Below are positions 1 to 8,616 of a stretch of 32,000 bases of DNA, piece after piece. Position numbers and translations under genes: made by a program. The notes under the pieces are model-generated. The model made no database searches. It worked only from the letters and a program-made list of their open reading frames with translations, and was not told where the DNA came from. Position 1 is the stretch's first letter. Each line of letters begins with the position of its first letter. The DNA is taken from positions 3,090,001-3,122,000 of the forward strand of contig CP060262.1 of NCBI GenBank assembly GCA_022646745.1. The letters run 5' to 3'. This stretch comes from Planctomycetales bacterium (GTDB lineage: Bacteria > 4484-113 > JAFGCY01).

Positions 1-924
1 GGTCACGCTGACAAGCATGATGTTCATGATGCCGACGCCACCGACCAGAAGCGAGATGAAGGCAACGCCGCCGAAGATCGAGATCAGCACGTTGAGGAAC
101 TGGTTGCCGATCTCGAGGAACTGGTCAGGGCTGATGAACTGGAAGTCGTCATCGGAAGCGTTGCGGATCCTGCGGCGCTGCCGCATGATTGTGGCAACCT
201 CCTCCTTCGCTTCCTTCACGTCCGCGCCATCTGCAAGGTATAGGCTGACCCAGAACACGTCATCATTGCCGATGATGCGCTTCTGCACAGTGCTGACCGG
301 GCTGAGGAAGCCCGTGTCAGGGTTCGGCGCTCCGTCAAAGATGTTCTTGCGCTTCTCGATCAGGCCGATGATCTCGTAATTTGTTCCGTTCAGGCGGACC
401 TGGCTGCCAACGGCATTTTCATAGTCCTCGAACAGGTCGTCCATTATGTCGTGGCCGATGACGACGACGCGGGACGCGCCATTCACTTCGGCCTGGGTGA
501 AGAAGCGGCCCTGTTCGATCTTCTCCGGGATGTCATCCATGTAGTCAGCCGCTACTCCGAGCACATGCCCGTTCGTCGTGTTGTTGCCATGCTTGGCGGT
601 GACTCCCACGTCTATCGCCGGTATCACGTCGCGCACGAGGGTGGTCTGTTCCTCGACGGCGCGCATGTCGTCCATCGTGAACATCTTCATCGGCTGGCGC
701 GCCTGTCCCGGCCGCTTAGGCGCGACAGGTGTCATGAAGAACACGTCACCACCCATCGATGTGATGTTGGCAGTGAACTGGTGCCGCAGGCCCTCACCAA
801 GGCTGACGATGGCGATCACCGCGCCGACTCCGAGGATGATGCCCAGCAGTGTCAGCAGGCTGCGCAGCTTGTTGCGCATCAGCATCCTGTAGCCGATCAC
901 CAGGCTGAGCCAGATCGTCCGCAT
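1..924 (-). CDS. ABC-transporter permease, MacB/FtsX family (3' end cut by window edge)
   Basis: Absent from the ORF track because it is open at the window edge. Minus-strand ATG at 924..922, preceded by AGGAAGG. Translation starts MRTIWLSLVIGYRMLMRNKLRSLLTLLGIILGVGAVIAIVSLG. At the edge it reads ...GGVAFISLLVGGVGIMNIMLVSVT, the hallmark FtsX/MacB transmembrane motif. It begins directly with TM1, so no ATPase domain is fused at the N-terminus. Confidence 0.85.
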   Translation of the reverse strand, partial: MRTIWLSLVIGYRMLMRNKLRSLLTLLGIILGVGAVIAIVSLGEGLRHQFTANITSMGGDVFFMTPVAPKRPGQARQPMKMFTMDDMRAVEEQTTLVRDVIPAIDVGVTAKHGNNTTNGHVLGVAADYMDDIPEKIEQGRFFTQAEVNGASRVVVIGHDIMDDLFEDYENAVGSQVRLNGTNYEIIGLIEKRKNIFDGAPNPDTGFLSPVSTVQKRIIGNDDVFWVSLYLADGADVKEAKEEVATIMRQRRRIRNASDDDFQFISPDQFLEIGNQFLNVLISIFGGVAFISLLVGGVGIMNIMLVSVT

Positions 925-939
925 CAGTCAGTTGCCTTC

Positions 940-2280
940 CTAGTCGAACTTGATGGATGTCTCGAAGCCCCGGACCTTGACGTAGTCTCCTTCCTCAAGG
1001 CCCTCAAGCACGATGATGTCGTAGTAGTCAGTGTCGCCGAGCTTGACCTCAACCTCCTCGGTTGCGGCCTTCTCGCTCGTGATGTCCTCGCCCTCCTTCA
1101 GGCGGAAGACCATGTTCGTGTCCGGCTTCTCACCCGCGCGCGTGGCGCCGAGCGGGATCAGCAGGACATCCTTCTTCACGTCGGCCTCGATCTTCACACT
1201 GGCGGTCATGTTGCCGAGCAGCAGGCCCTCATTGTTGTCAACCTCGATGATCACCACGAAGTTGATCAGACCGCTGCCTGCCTGCACACCCTGCGGGTAG
1301 ATGTTCGTCACCTTGCCGCTGAACTCCTGCTCGCGGAAGGCGTCGACCTGCACGGTGGCAGTCTGGCCGACCTTGATCTTGCCGATGTCGATCTCGTCCA
1401 CGTATGTGCGCACCTTGATGCGGCTCAGGTCGGCGACCTTGATGATCGTGTTGCCTCCGCTGAATGAGGAGTTGATGCTGATCACGCTGTCACCGATGTC
1501 CAGCAGCTTCTCCAGCACGATGCCGCTGATCGGGGAGGCGATTTCGCTGTCCCCGAGCTGCTTGCGTGCTTCCGCCAGCTGGACGCCGGCGGCGTCATAG
1601 CTCAGCTTGGCGAGGCTGATGTTGTTGCTGTTGCTTCCCTCATCGAAGGCGCGCAGGTTCTCCTCAGCGAGGGACAGGGAAGCCTCGCCATTGGCAACAG
1701 CCGTGCGCATGCTGATCAGCTGGTTGCTGGCGTTGTCATATTCCTGCTGGGTGGCCCAGTCCTTCTCGTAGAGCGAGCGAATTCGCTCAAAGCTGTCTAT
1801 CTGTGTCTGGAGGTTGCTTTTGGCGTTGTCCAGGCTGTTGCGGGCATTGGTGAGCTGGGTCTCGAGGCTGGCCCGGGTGGTCTCGCTGTTGGCGTTGCGG
1901 GCCTCGTCATAGCGCAGCTGCGCCTGCTTGAGCACGATCTGCTGCTGGTCAACGACGAGTTGCTGGTTGCGCTGGTCGAGCCGGCAGATCACGTCACCGG
2001 CCTGGATCATGTCACCTTCCTCGACGAAGAACTCCTCGATGCGGCCGGTGGCCTCACTCTTGACTTCGATGTCGGTGACGGGCTCTGTGGTACCGGTGGC
2101 CTCGACGATGATCTTCAGGTCACCACGCCGGGCCTGCTCGAAGTATTCGGTGGATTCCTCTGAGTCCTTCTTTTCACCGCTGCTGATGAAGCCCTTGCCA
2201 TCCTTCTGCTTGATGACGATCGCGGCCGCGACGCCCAGCAGCAAAAGGACGAGCACAATGATTCCAACCCTGCGCCACAT
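940..2280 (-). CDS. HlyD/MacA-family periplasmic adaptor (membrane fusion protein) of an efflux ABC transporter
   Basis: 446-aa ORF with an N-terminal TM anchor (IIVLVLLLLGVAAAIVI). Lipoyl-like motif EVKSEATGRIEEFFVEEGDMIQAGDVICRLD, a long coiled-coil hairpin region and a C-terminal beta-barrel region. GGAGGAAG lies upstream of the ATG. Its stop is 15 nt upstream of the permease start. Confidence 0.85.
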   Translation of the reverse strand: MWRRVGIIVLVLLLLGVAAAIVIKQKDGKGFISSGEKKDSEESTEYFEQARRGDLKIIVEATGTTEPVTDIEVKSEATGRIEEFFVEEGDMIQAGDVICRLDQRNQQLVVDQQQIVLKQAQLRYDEARNANSETTRASLETQLTNARNSLDNAKSNLQTQIDSFERIRSLYEKDWATQQEYDNASNQLISMRTAVANGEASLSLAEENLRAFDEGSNSNNISLAKLSYDAAGVQLAEARKQLGDSEIASPISGIVLEKLLDIGDSVISINSSFSGGNTIIKVADLSRIKVRTYVDEIDIGKIKVGQTATVQVDAFREQEFSGKVTNIYPQGVQAGSGLINFVVIIEVDNNEGLLLGNMTASVKIEADVKKDVLLIPLGATRAGEKPDTNMVFRLKEGEDITSEKAATEEVEVKLGDTDYYDIIVLEGLEEGDYVKVRGFETSIKFD

Positions 2281-2633
2281 GATCTTCCTCCATACCCACT
2301 TATCCCCCGCTCTTGCGGTAGGGCGTTGGACGCATGCCCCTGTGAAGTGGTTTCAGCTTCGATAAGCCGATTGACCGGCAGCTGGACTGCCGGTTGCAGC
2401 ACAATATTATCAGACTGGTCCTGTAGTCAGTGAGTGATTCCGTCACCGGTTGCTGCGGTTTCCAAATGAATTTCAATCTCACTGGTGATGCTGGGCAGCC
2501 ACCGCCTTCCGGCAGGATGACGTCAAATTAACAAATAGAAGGCGCGTGCGTTGAAGGGCAACTTGTCTTGCAATGCAGGGTCAGCTCCAGGGATAAGTTA
2601 GCTAGGTAATCCAGCAATCCAGGAGCTAGGCGA

Positions 2634-3332
2634 TCAGCTCAGGTTGCCAAGTCGCTGGAACAACTGCCAGATGCCGGTGATGACCAGCATGCACAGCAAG
2701 AGCATCGCAACGCTGGCAATGATGCCCTGGCTGCGTTCCGCCTTGAGGAAGTGCCTCAGGCCCAGTGCCAGCAGGACCAGGCTCCAGATGCCAAAGATGT
2801 CCAGGTAGCTGGCGGCAACCCAGTTGAATTCAAGCGGATGCCAGTTGCTGGCGATCCAGCTGACCGGCCCGATGCTGAGTCCGCGGAACTGCAGCGGTGC
2901 TTCCAGCACCTGCGGAATCATTGCGGGGTGCAGCAGTTCAAGGCAGAGCCGGCCAAGGAATGTACCAAGTACGAAAGGCAGCATTCCGTAGGCTGTCCAG
3001 TGCAGGAAGTCGCTGTAGGAGCGCGGGATGCCGAGCAGCCGGAAGAACAGCCAGCACAGCCCGGCAAAGGCGGCGTTCATCAGCAGGGTGAGGGGGATGA
3101 AACCGATTAATACTCCGAGCGGCACCAGCCAGGCTGCACTGCCTTCGCGCGGATTGCCCGCCACCTGCAGCATGACAGGGCTACCCACGATCTCCGCCAG
3201 GCTGAGCAGCAGCCATTGCCAGAGCAGTGCAAACAGCAGCGATCGCCTGTCAGCAAGCTGTTGCCATGTCAATACGGGCCGCACCATCAGGTGCCATGGC
3301 TGGGCTGCTGCGAGGATGGTTTCAGAAGCCAA
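2634..3332 (-). CDS. Polytopic membrane protein, Yip1-domain-like
   Basis: 232-aa ORF with about 5 hydrophobic segments. The N-terminal region (PWHLMVRPVLTWQQL) resembles the Yip1/DUF1282 N-terminus. Starts 13 nt after the NifU-like stop. The family call is from general resemblance only. Confidence 0.45.
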   Translation of the reverse strand: MASETILAAAQPWHLMVRPVLTWQQLADRRSLLFALLWQWLLLSLAEIVGSPVMLQVAGNPREGSAAWLVPLGVLIGFIPLTLLMNAAFAGLCWLFFRLLGIPRSYSDFLHWTAYGMLPFVLGTFLGRLCLELLHPAMIPQVLEAPLQFRGLSIGPVSWIASNWHPLEFNWVAASYLDIFGIWSLVLLALGLRHFLKAERSQGIIASVAMLLLCMLVITGIWQLFQRLGNLS

Positions 3333-3345
3333 TTGGCTGCCTGCC

Positions 3346-3711
3346 TCAGTCGATGGTGATCAGCTCACCGAACTCGGGGATTTCCTTCTTGATTGCCGTT
3401 TCCACACCCATCTTCATGTGCACGGTGGAGATGGAACAACTCTGGCAGGCCCCCATCAGCCTGATCAGTGCATTGTTGTCCTCGATTGCAACCAGTTCCA
3501 GGTCGCCGCCATCCATCTGCAGGAAGGGGCGGACCTTTTCCAGGGCGGCCTTGAGGCGGGTTTCAAAATCCTCCTCGGCACCTCGCAGGGGGCCGGCACA
3601 GCCACAGCTCGGCCCGCAGGGCTCCACTGCACGGTTGTAGTCGGTCTGCGCACGCGCCGCAGCGATTTCGTCCAGATGCTGGTCGTTCACCTTGCTCATG
3701 CCTGTTGTCAC
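3346..3711 (-). CDS. NifU/Nfu-like Fe-S cluster protein
   Basis: The C-terminal half, KVRPFLQMDGGDLELVAIEDNNALIRLMGACQSCSISTVHMKMGVETAIKKEIPE, matches the NifU C-terminal (Nfu) fold with a CxxC pair. The N-terminal part has an extra CGPSCGC Cys cluster. Start is ambiguous: GTG at 3711 or ATG at 3699. Confidence 0.7.
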   Translation of the reverse strand: MTTGMSKVNDQHLDEIAAARAQTDYNRAVEPCGPSCGCAGPLRGAEEDFETRLKAALEKVRPFLQMDGGDLELVAIEDNNALIRLMGACQSCSISTVHMKMGVETAIKKEIPEFGELITID

Positions 3712-3717
3712 GGCTCC

Positions 3718-4494
3718 CTAGATAAGCTTACGTCTGACGAGGATGACCCTGCCGAGGATCTCCACCTCATCCGGGTACTTGAGGACCTGCGGACGGTAGT
3801 TGTGGTTCGCCGGCTGCAGGATAACCGAGTCATTCTCGAAGTACACCTTCTTTACCGTGGTCTGGCGACGGTTAACCTGCACGACGGCGATATCACCGTT
3901 GTTAACCTGGCTGGCCGGACTGACGATCAGGGTGTCCCCGTCAAGGATACCAGCCTCCAGCATGCTGTCACCCTGCACAATCAGGCCGAAGCTGTTCGGG
4001 TCAAACATCATTTCTTCTTCAGAGAGCACCAGCTTCTCAACGTCGGCATGCGCCTCGACCACGTTCGCATCCTTCAGCAGGCCGGCGGGTACGGTGTCAT
4101 AGACGGGCATCGCGCGGCGGGCTGTGGCTACGGCTGAGGAGCCATTGCTGCCGGCAGGCTTGCCCTGAATACCCGAGATCAGCTGCTGCAGCGCATGGGT
4201 GGTGGGATCGTTGCTGCTGGGCTCGCTGGGAGTGGACTTGACGAAATCCTCACTGAGGATGCCGCTTGTCACCACCAGTTCGTCATAGGGGAACTGCAGG
4301 ATCTCACTGAAGCGCTTGAGGATCTTGGGGCTCGGACGTCGCTCACCATTCTCAATACGTGAGAGGTAACTGTTGTTTATTCCTGAGGCATCCGCCAGAT
4401 CAAACTGACTCATGCCACGACGAAGGCGCAGGTTCCTCAGCAGAGTACCGATCTCTGCATAAGGTTTGCCCTCGTTGCTTGTGATCTTGGGCAT
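3718..4494 (-). CDS. LexA-like autocleavable repressor with an XRE-type HTH N-domain and an S24 peptidase C-domain
   Basis: N-terminus LRNLRLRRGMSQFDLADASGINNSYLSRIENGERRPS is an HTH_3/XRE motif. C-terminus has GLIVQGDSMLEAGILDGDTLIV (catalytic Ser) and TTVKKVYFE (catalytic Lys), typical of S24 LexA/CI. AGGAG lies 7 nt before the ATG. Confidence 0.8.
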   Translation of the reverse strand: MPKITSNEGKPYAEIGTLLRNLRLRRGMSQFDLADASGINNSYLSRIENGERRPSPKILKRFSEILQFPYDELVVTSGILSEDFVKSTPSEPSSNDPTTHALQQLISGIQGKPAGSNGSSAVATARRAMPVYDTVPAGLLKDANVVEAHADVEKLVLSEEEMMFDPNSFGLIVQGDSMLEAGILDGDTLIVSPASQVNNGDIAVVQVNRRQTTVKKVYFENDSVILQPANHNYRPQVLKYPDEVEILGRVILVRRKLI

Positions 4495-4664
4495 ACGAAA
4501 CTCCTAAAAATGTAATCACCATTGAAACTTGAGGTGATCGGATAACTTTTAAGGCAGGTCAAACTGACTCAGCCTGAGTTAATATTATCACAAATCGTTA
4601 CAAAATTCATTTTATTTGAAAAAATTGAGCAAAACCCGTCCGACAAACCCGCGAATTTCAACAT

Positions 4665-4696
4665 TTATCCCCAAAAGGTCAACACTATGGGGATAA
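4665..4696 (-). terminator. Candidate terminator or structured element downstream of lgt
   Basis: 9-bp perfect inverted repeat TTATCCCCA (4665-4673) / TGGGGATAA (4688-4696) with a 14-nt loop, 27 nt past the lgt stop. The following tract on the minus strand is only moderately U-rich. Confidence 0.3.
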
Positions 4697-4722
4697 TCTG
4701 CCTTTATTTTCCTGATGGAAAA

Positions 4723-5631
4723 TCAGGGTTTTGACTTTTCGGCGCGCTGCCTTGCCCGGCGTTCCTGGCGGGATTCCGCTCCACCAAATCCGCTGCCGCG
4801 ATTCTCAACTTCGCGCCGCGCCGCATCCCATTTGCGCAGCTGTGTGTAGGCCCAGATGCACACGAGTATGAGGACAATGTCAACGATCTGTGAATATGTC
4901 AACGTGATGCTGCCAAACAAGGGGATCCTGTGCTGCTCAGACACATGGCGGAACGGATCCTCGATGGTGGTCCGCAGCAGGCTGTAGCAGAACACGAAGG
5001 TGATGTAGTTGGCACCGCGGGGAAGGACCTTGTCAATGTATATCTTGCGCCAGACAACGTAGCAGACGAAGAATGTGATCACGCCGACCAGCAGCCCGTA
5101 CAGCTCCGTCGGGTGGCGCAGGATGATGTCCTCCTGGCTGGCGCCGGGCATGCGGTGGTATTCGTCGTAAGGAAAGTTCATTGCCCAGGGCCCATCCCAC
5201 TTGAAGCCGAGGATGTCGCCGTTCATGAAGTTGCCGATGCGGACCAGGATCACGCCGATGGCAACTCCTGGAGCGAAGCTGTCCATCACCTCGATGAAGT
5301 TGATCTTGTGCCGCCTGAAGTAGAAATAGGCTGCAATCACACCCGCAATGATTCCACCATGGAAGGAGAGGCCACCGTGGTCAACGCGCAGGATCTCCTC
5401 GGGATGGGCCACGAAGTCACTGATGTTCGTCAGTACATAGACGAGGCGAGCACCGCTTATGCCGGCCAGGATGATCCAGACTAGTCCGTCCCATATCAGG
5501 TCGCCGGGCCTGCCGATCTTCTTGAGCAGCTGGGCACCGATGTAGCTGCCCAATAGCATCGAGATCGCCATCATGATGCCGTACCAGCGGATCTGCAGGT
5601 TGTCGGTTATTGCAAATGCAATCGGGTCCAT
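4723..5631 (-). CDS. lgt: Prolipoprotein diacylglyceryl transferase
   Basis: 302-aa polytopic ORF. N-terminus IRWYGIMMAISMLLG, then GARLVYVL and HGGLSFHGGIIAGV, typical Lgt signatures. GAGGAAG RBS. Confidence 0.85.
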   Translation of the reverse strand: MDPIAFAITDNLQIRWYGIMMAISMLLGSYIGAQLLKKIGRPGDLIWDGLVWIILAGISGARLVYVLTNISDFVAHPEEILRVDHGGLSFHGGIIAGVIAAYFYFRRHKINFIEVMDSFAPGVAIGVILVRIGNFMNGDILGFKWDGPWAMNFPYDEYHRMPGASQEDIILRHPTELYGLLVGVITFFVCYVVWRKIYIDKVLPRGANYITFVFCYSLLRTTIEDPFRHVSEQHRIPLFGSITLTYSQIVDIVLILVCIWAYTQLRKWDAARREVENRGSGFGGAESRQERRARQRAEKSKP

Positions 5632-5893
5632 TCAGTCTTCCTCGCCCTGGAGTGAGGAGATTCTAGCACCACCACGTGGCGGATCAGGACTGGTTTGCCA
5701 GCATCTCCTATGCCTCTCCTGACGCATGCTTGCCAGGCTCTGGTCAATAAATTTGACGGAATTTGCCGCAAAACCTTTACAGGCGTTTAGTTTAGTGCTA
5801 ACATCCAAGTATTGCCTGTTGATTACCTGCCCATAGCGGGGGAGGTCCTCGGGACAATCTATTCTATAATTATCAACGAGTTTGGAGCTGGTG

Positions 5894-6952
5894 ATGTCGA
5901 GACAGCAAACAGATGATCGCTTGAAAGCTCTCCAGATGGCTACGGACCAGATCGAAAAGCAGTTCGGCAAGGGTTCGATCATGAAGCTGGGGGACCGTGC
6001 GATACGTATCGAGGATGGTGTGATTCCTTCGGGAAGCCTGTCCCTCGACATTGCGCTGGGTATCGGAGGCATTGCCAGAGGGAGGATCGTTGAGGTCTAT
6101 GGACCTGAATCTTCCGGAAAGACGACACTTGCTATGCACATGATGGTGGAGGCCCAGCGTCTGGGTGGTCGCGTGGCGATCATCGACGCAGAGCACGCCA
6201 TGGATCCTGAATATGCGGCCAGGCTTGGCCTTGATGTGAATGAACTGCTGATCAGCCAGCCCGATACGGGTGAGCAGGCGCTGGAAATCGCCGAGATGCT
6301 CGTCCGCAGCGGTGCCCTGGACATCATCGTAATCGACAGTGTGGCGGCCCTGGTTCCCCGGGCGGAGATTGACGGGGAAATGGGAGACAGCCACATGGGA
6401 CTGCAGGCCCGGCTGATGAGCCAGGCCCTCAGGAAGCTTACAGGAATCACTTCGCGTAGCAAGACCGCGTTGATCTTCATCAACCAGGTACGAGAGAAGA
6501 TCGGAGTGGTGTTCGGCAACCCCGAGACCACCACGGGTGGACGGGCGCTCAAGTTCTACAGCAGCATGCGGATAGAAGTGCGGCGCTCGGACAGCATCAA
6601 GATGGGAACTGATATCGTCGGCAACCAGGTGACGGCCAAGGTCGTCAAGAACAAGCTGGCACCTCCCTTCAAGAAAGCCACCTTCGATATCATCTTCGGC
6701 AGGGGCATATCAAAGTCAGGCGACATTCTCGATCTCGCCGTGGAAAACAAGCTGGTCGCCAAGAGCGGCAGCTGGTACACCATGGGAGATGAGAAGCTCG
6801 GCCAGGGACGTGAGAACGCCAAGCAGTACCTTGAGGAAAATCCCGCACTCCAGAACTCGCTTGAGAACGAGCTGCGAAAGATCCACGGCCTGCCCCAGCT
6901 GGGACAGGGCGATGCCGCGAAGGAAGTTCCCGCGGCTGAGGAAGCATCGTAG
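5894..6952 (+). CDS. recA: Recombinase RecA
   Basis: [23 protein letters not shown], Walker [27 protein letters not shown]. The ATG at 5894 with GGAG 7 nt upstream is preferred over the track's TTG at 5882. Confidence 0.97.
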   Translation: MSRQQTDDRLKALQMATDQIEKQFGKGSIMKLGDRAIRIEDGVIPSGSLSLDIALGIGGIARGRIVEVYGPESSGKTTLAMHMMVEAQRLGGRVAIIDAEHAMDPEYAARLGLDVNELLISQPDTGEQALEIAEMLVRSGALDIIVIDSVAALVPRAEIDGEMGDSHMGLQARLMSQALRKLTGITSRSKTALIFINQVREKIGVVFGNPETTTGGRALKFYSSMRIEVRRSDSIKMGTDIVGNQVTAKVVKNKLAPPFKKATFDIIFGRGISKSGDILDLAVENKLVAKSGSWYTMGDEKLGQGRENAKQYLEENPALQNSLENELRKIHGLPQLGQGDAAKEVPAAEEAS

Positions 6953-6984
6953 CTCCGAAGCGTAAATAAAAGCTGGAGAAGACG

Positions 6985-8565
6985 ATGAACCCCATTCTGG
7001 CAGCCATTGTCATTGTGGTCGGCGGCCTCGTTGGAGCCGCGATCGGCTACTTCATCAGCGCACGCGCGATGGCACAGCGCGGCGAGCTCGCTGAGAAGAA
7101 GGCCGAGGCACTGCTAAAGGACACACAGGACCGCGCGGACAAGCGCGCATCAGACCTGCTGGCGGAAGCCCGCAAGGATGCTGAACTGATCACCAAGAAG
7201 GCCAATGATCGGGCCAGCGAGAGCATCCAGCGCGCCAAGGAAGGCGACCAAGAGCTCAGGCGCCGCGTGAAGGAGTTCGAGAAGCGCGAGGAACTGCATA
7301 TCAAGGCAGAACAGACCCTCGCCGAGCAGCTCGACAAGGTGGACAAGCGCCGCACCGAACTGGACCGCCGCTCCTCAAACCTCGACAAGCGTGAGCAGAA
7401 GATCGAGGAGCATGAGGACCTGATGCGCATCGAGACCGAGCGCATCGCCAACATGGACCAGGACCAGGCCCGCCGCGAGGTGCTGGCCCGAATTGAGGAT
7501 GAAGCCCGCTACGAATCCGCCAAGATCCGCAAGGAGATGGAGGATGAGGCGCGCAATGAGGCGAATGAGATTGCCCGCAAGCTGATCCTCAAGGCCGTGT
7601 TCCGCTGCGCAGTTGACCACTACAGCGACAGCCTGATCACCACGGTCGAAATCAAGAACGACGAAATGAAGGGCCGCATCATTGGACGTGAAGGCCGCAA
7701 CATCCGCGCGATTGAGGCAGCCACCGGCGTCGACGTGATCATCGATGACACTCCGAACGTGATCATGCTTTCCAGCTTCGACGGCGTGCGCCGCGAGGTG
7801 GCCCGCCAGGCCGTGGAGCGCTTGATCCAGGATGGCCGCATCCATCCAGCCAAGATTGAGGAAGTCGTCAGTGATGCCCAGAAGGCGGTTGACGAGGAGA
7901 TCTGGCGCGCCGGCCAGGAGGCCACCTTCAAGGTCGGTGTGACCGGCGTCAACCCGGAGATGATCAAGGGCCTTGGCAAGCTGAAGTACCGTACCTCCTA
8001 TGGCCAGAATGTGCTGGCGCACTCCATCGAGGTTGCCATCATGTCCGGCGTGATCGCTGCCGAACTCGGCATTCCGGTCAAGAACGCCAAGCGCGGTGGC
8101 CTGTTCCACGACATCGGCAAGGGCGCCGGCCCTGAGATGGAGGGCAGCCACACCGAGGTCGGTGGCATCATGGGCCGCAAGTACGGTGAGAACTCGGTTG
8201 TGATCAACTGCATCGAGGGTCACCACGGTGACGTGGAAATGACCATCGAAGCCTGCGTTGTGCAGGTCGCTGACGCGATTTCCGCCGTCCGTCCGGGTGC
8301 CCGTGGTGAAGCCCTGACCAGCTACATCCAGCGCCTGCGCCAGCTTGAGGACATGGCGATGAGCTTCGCTGGCGTGGAGAAGGTGTTCGCCATCTCGGCC
8401 GGCCGTGAGTTGCGTGTGATGGTCAAGCCCGACATGATGGATGACATCCTGACCTACGACCTCAGCCGCCAGATTGCCAAGCGGATCGAGGAAGAGATGG
8501 AGTATCCGGGCACGGTGAAGGTGACGGTGATCCGCGAGACCCGCGAGATCGCCACCGCACGCTAG
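6985..8565 (+). CDS. rny: Ribonuclease Y
   Basis: 526 aa. N-terminal TM helix, a long charged coiled coil, a KH domain (GRIIGREGRNIRAIEAATGV) and an HD domain (LFHDIGK ... EGHHGD). Confidence 0.95.
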   Translation: MNPILAAIVIVVGGLVGAAIGYFISARAMAQRGELAEKKAEALLKDTQDRADKRASDLLAEARKDAELITKKANDRASESIQRAKEGDQELRRRVKEFEKREELHIKAEQTLAEQLDKVDKRRTELDRRSSNLDKREQKIEEHEDLMRIETERIANMDQDQARREVLARIEDEARYESAKIRKEMEDEARNEANEIARKLILKAVFRCAVDHYSDSLITTVEIKNDEMKGRIIGREGRNIRAIEAATGVDVIIDDTPNVIMLSSFDGVRREVARQAVERLIQDGRIHPAKIEEVVSDAQKAVDEEIWRAGQEATFKVGVTGVNPEMIKGLGKLKYRTSYGQNVLAHSIEVAIMSGVIAAELGIPVKNAKRGGLFHDIGKGAGPEMEGSHTEVGGIMGRKYGENSVVINCIEGHHGDVEMTIEACVVQVADAISAVRPGARGEALTSYIQRLRQLEDMAMSFAGVEKVFAISAGRELRVMVKPDMMDDILTYDLSRQIAKRIEEEMEYPGTVKVTVIRETREIATAR

Positions 8566-8616
8566 GGCCTGGCGGGGGTGCTACAGTAGTGGCATCCCAT
8601 TGCCAGGAAACTGAAC

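Noticed and set aside
451-1467. Long antisense or alternative-frame ORFs in the track, including 451-1467(+), 3028-4137(+), 7375-8226(-), 9097-10011(-), 11592-12722(-), 12449-13333(-), 13323-14522(-), 22801-24171(+) and 26456-28045(-).
   Set aside because: Each lies fully opposite or out of frame to a gene with unmistakable conserved motifs. Their products are low-complexity Arg/Ala/Gly/His-rich strings typical of shadow ORFs in high-GC DNA, and none has a plausible RBS.
2374-2394. Perfect 8-bp hairpin ACCGGCAG-ctgga-CTGCCGGT between the Yip1-like gene and the efflux adaptor.
   Set aside because: There is no U-tract on either strand, so it cannot be called an intrinsic terminator. It may be an mRNA processing or stability element, with no further support.
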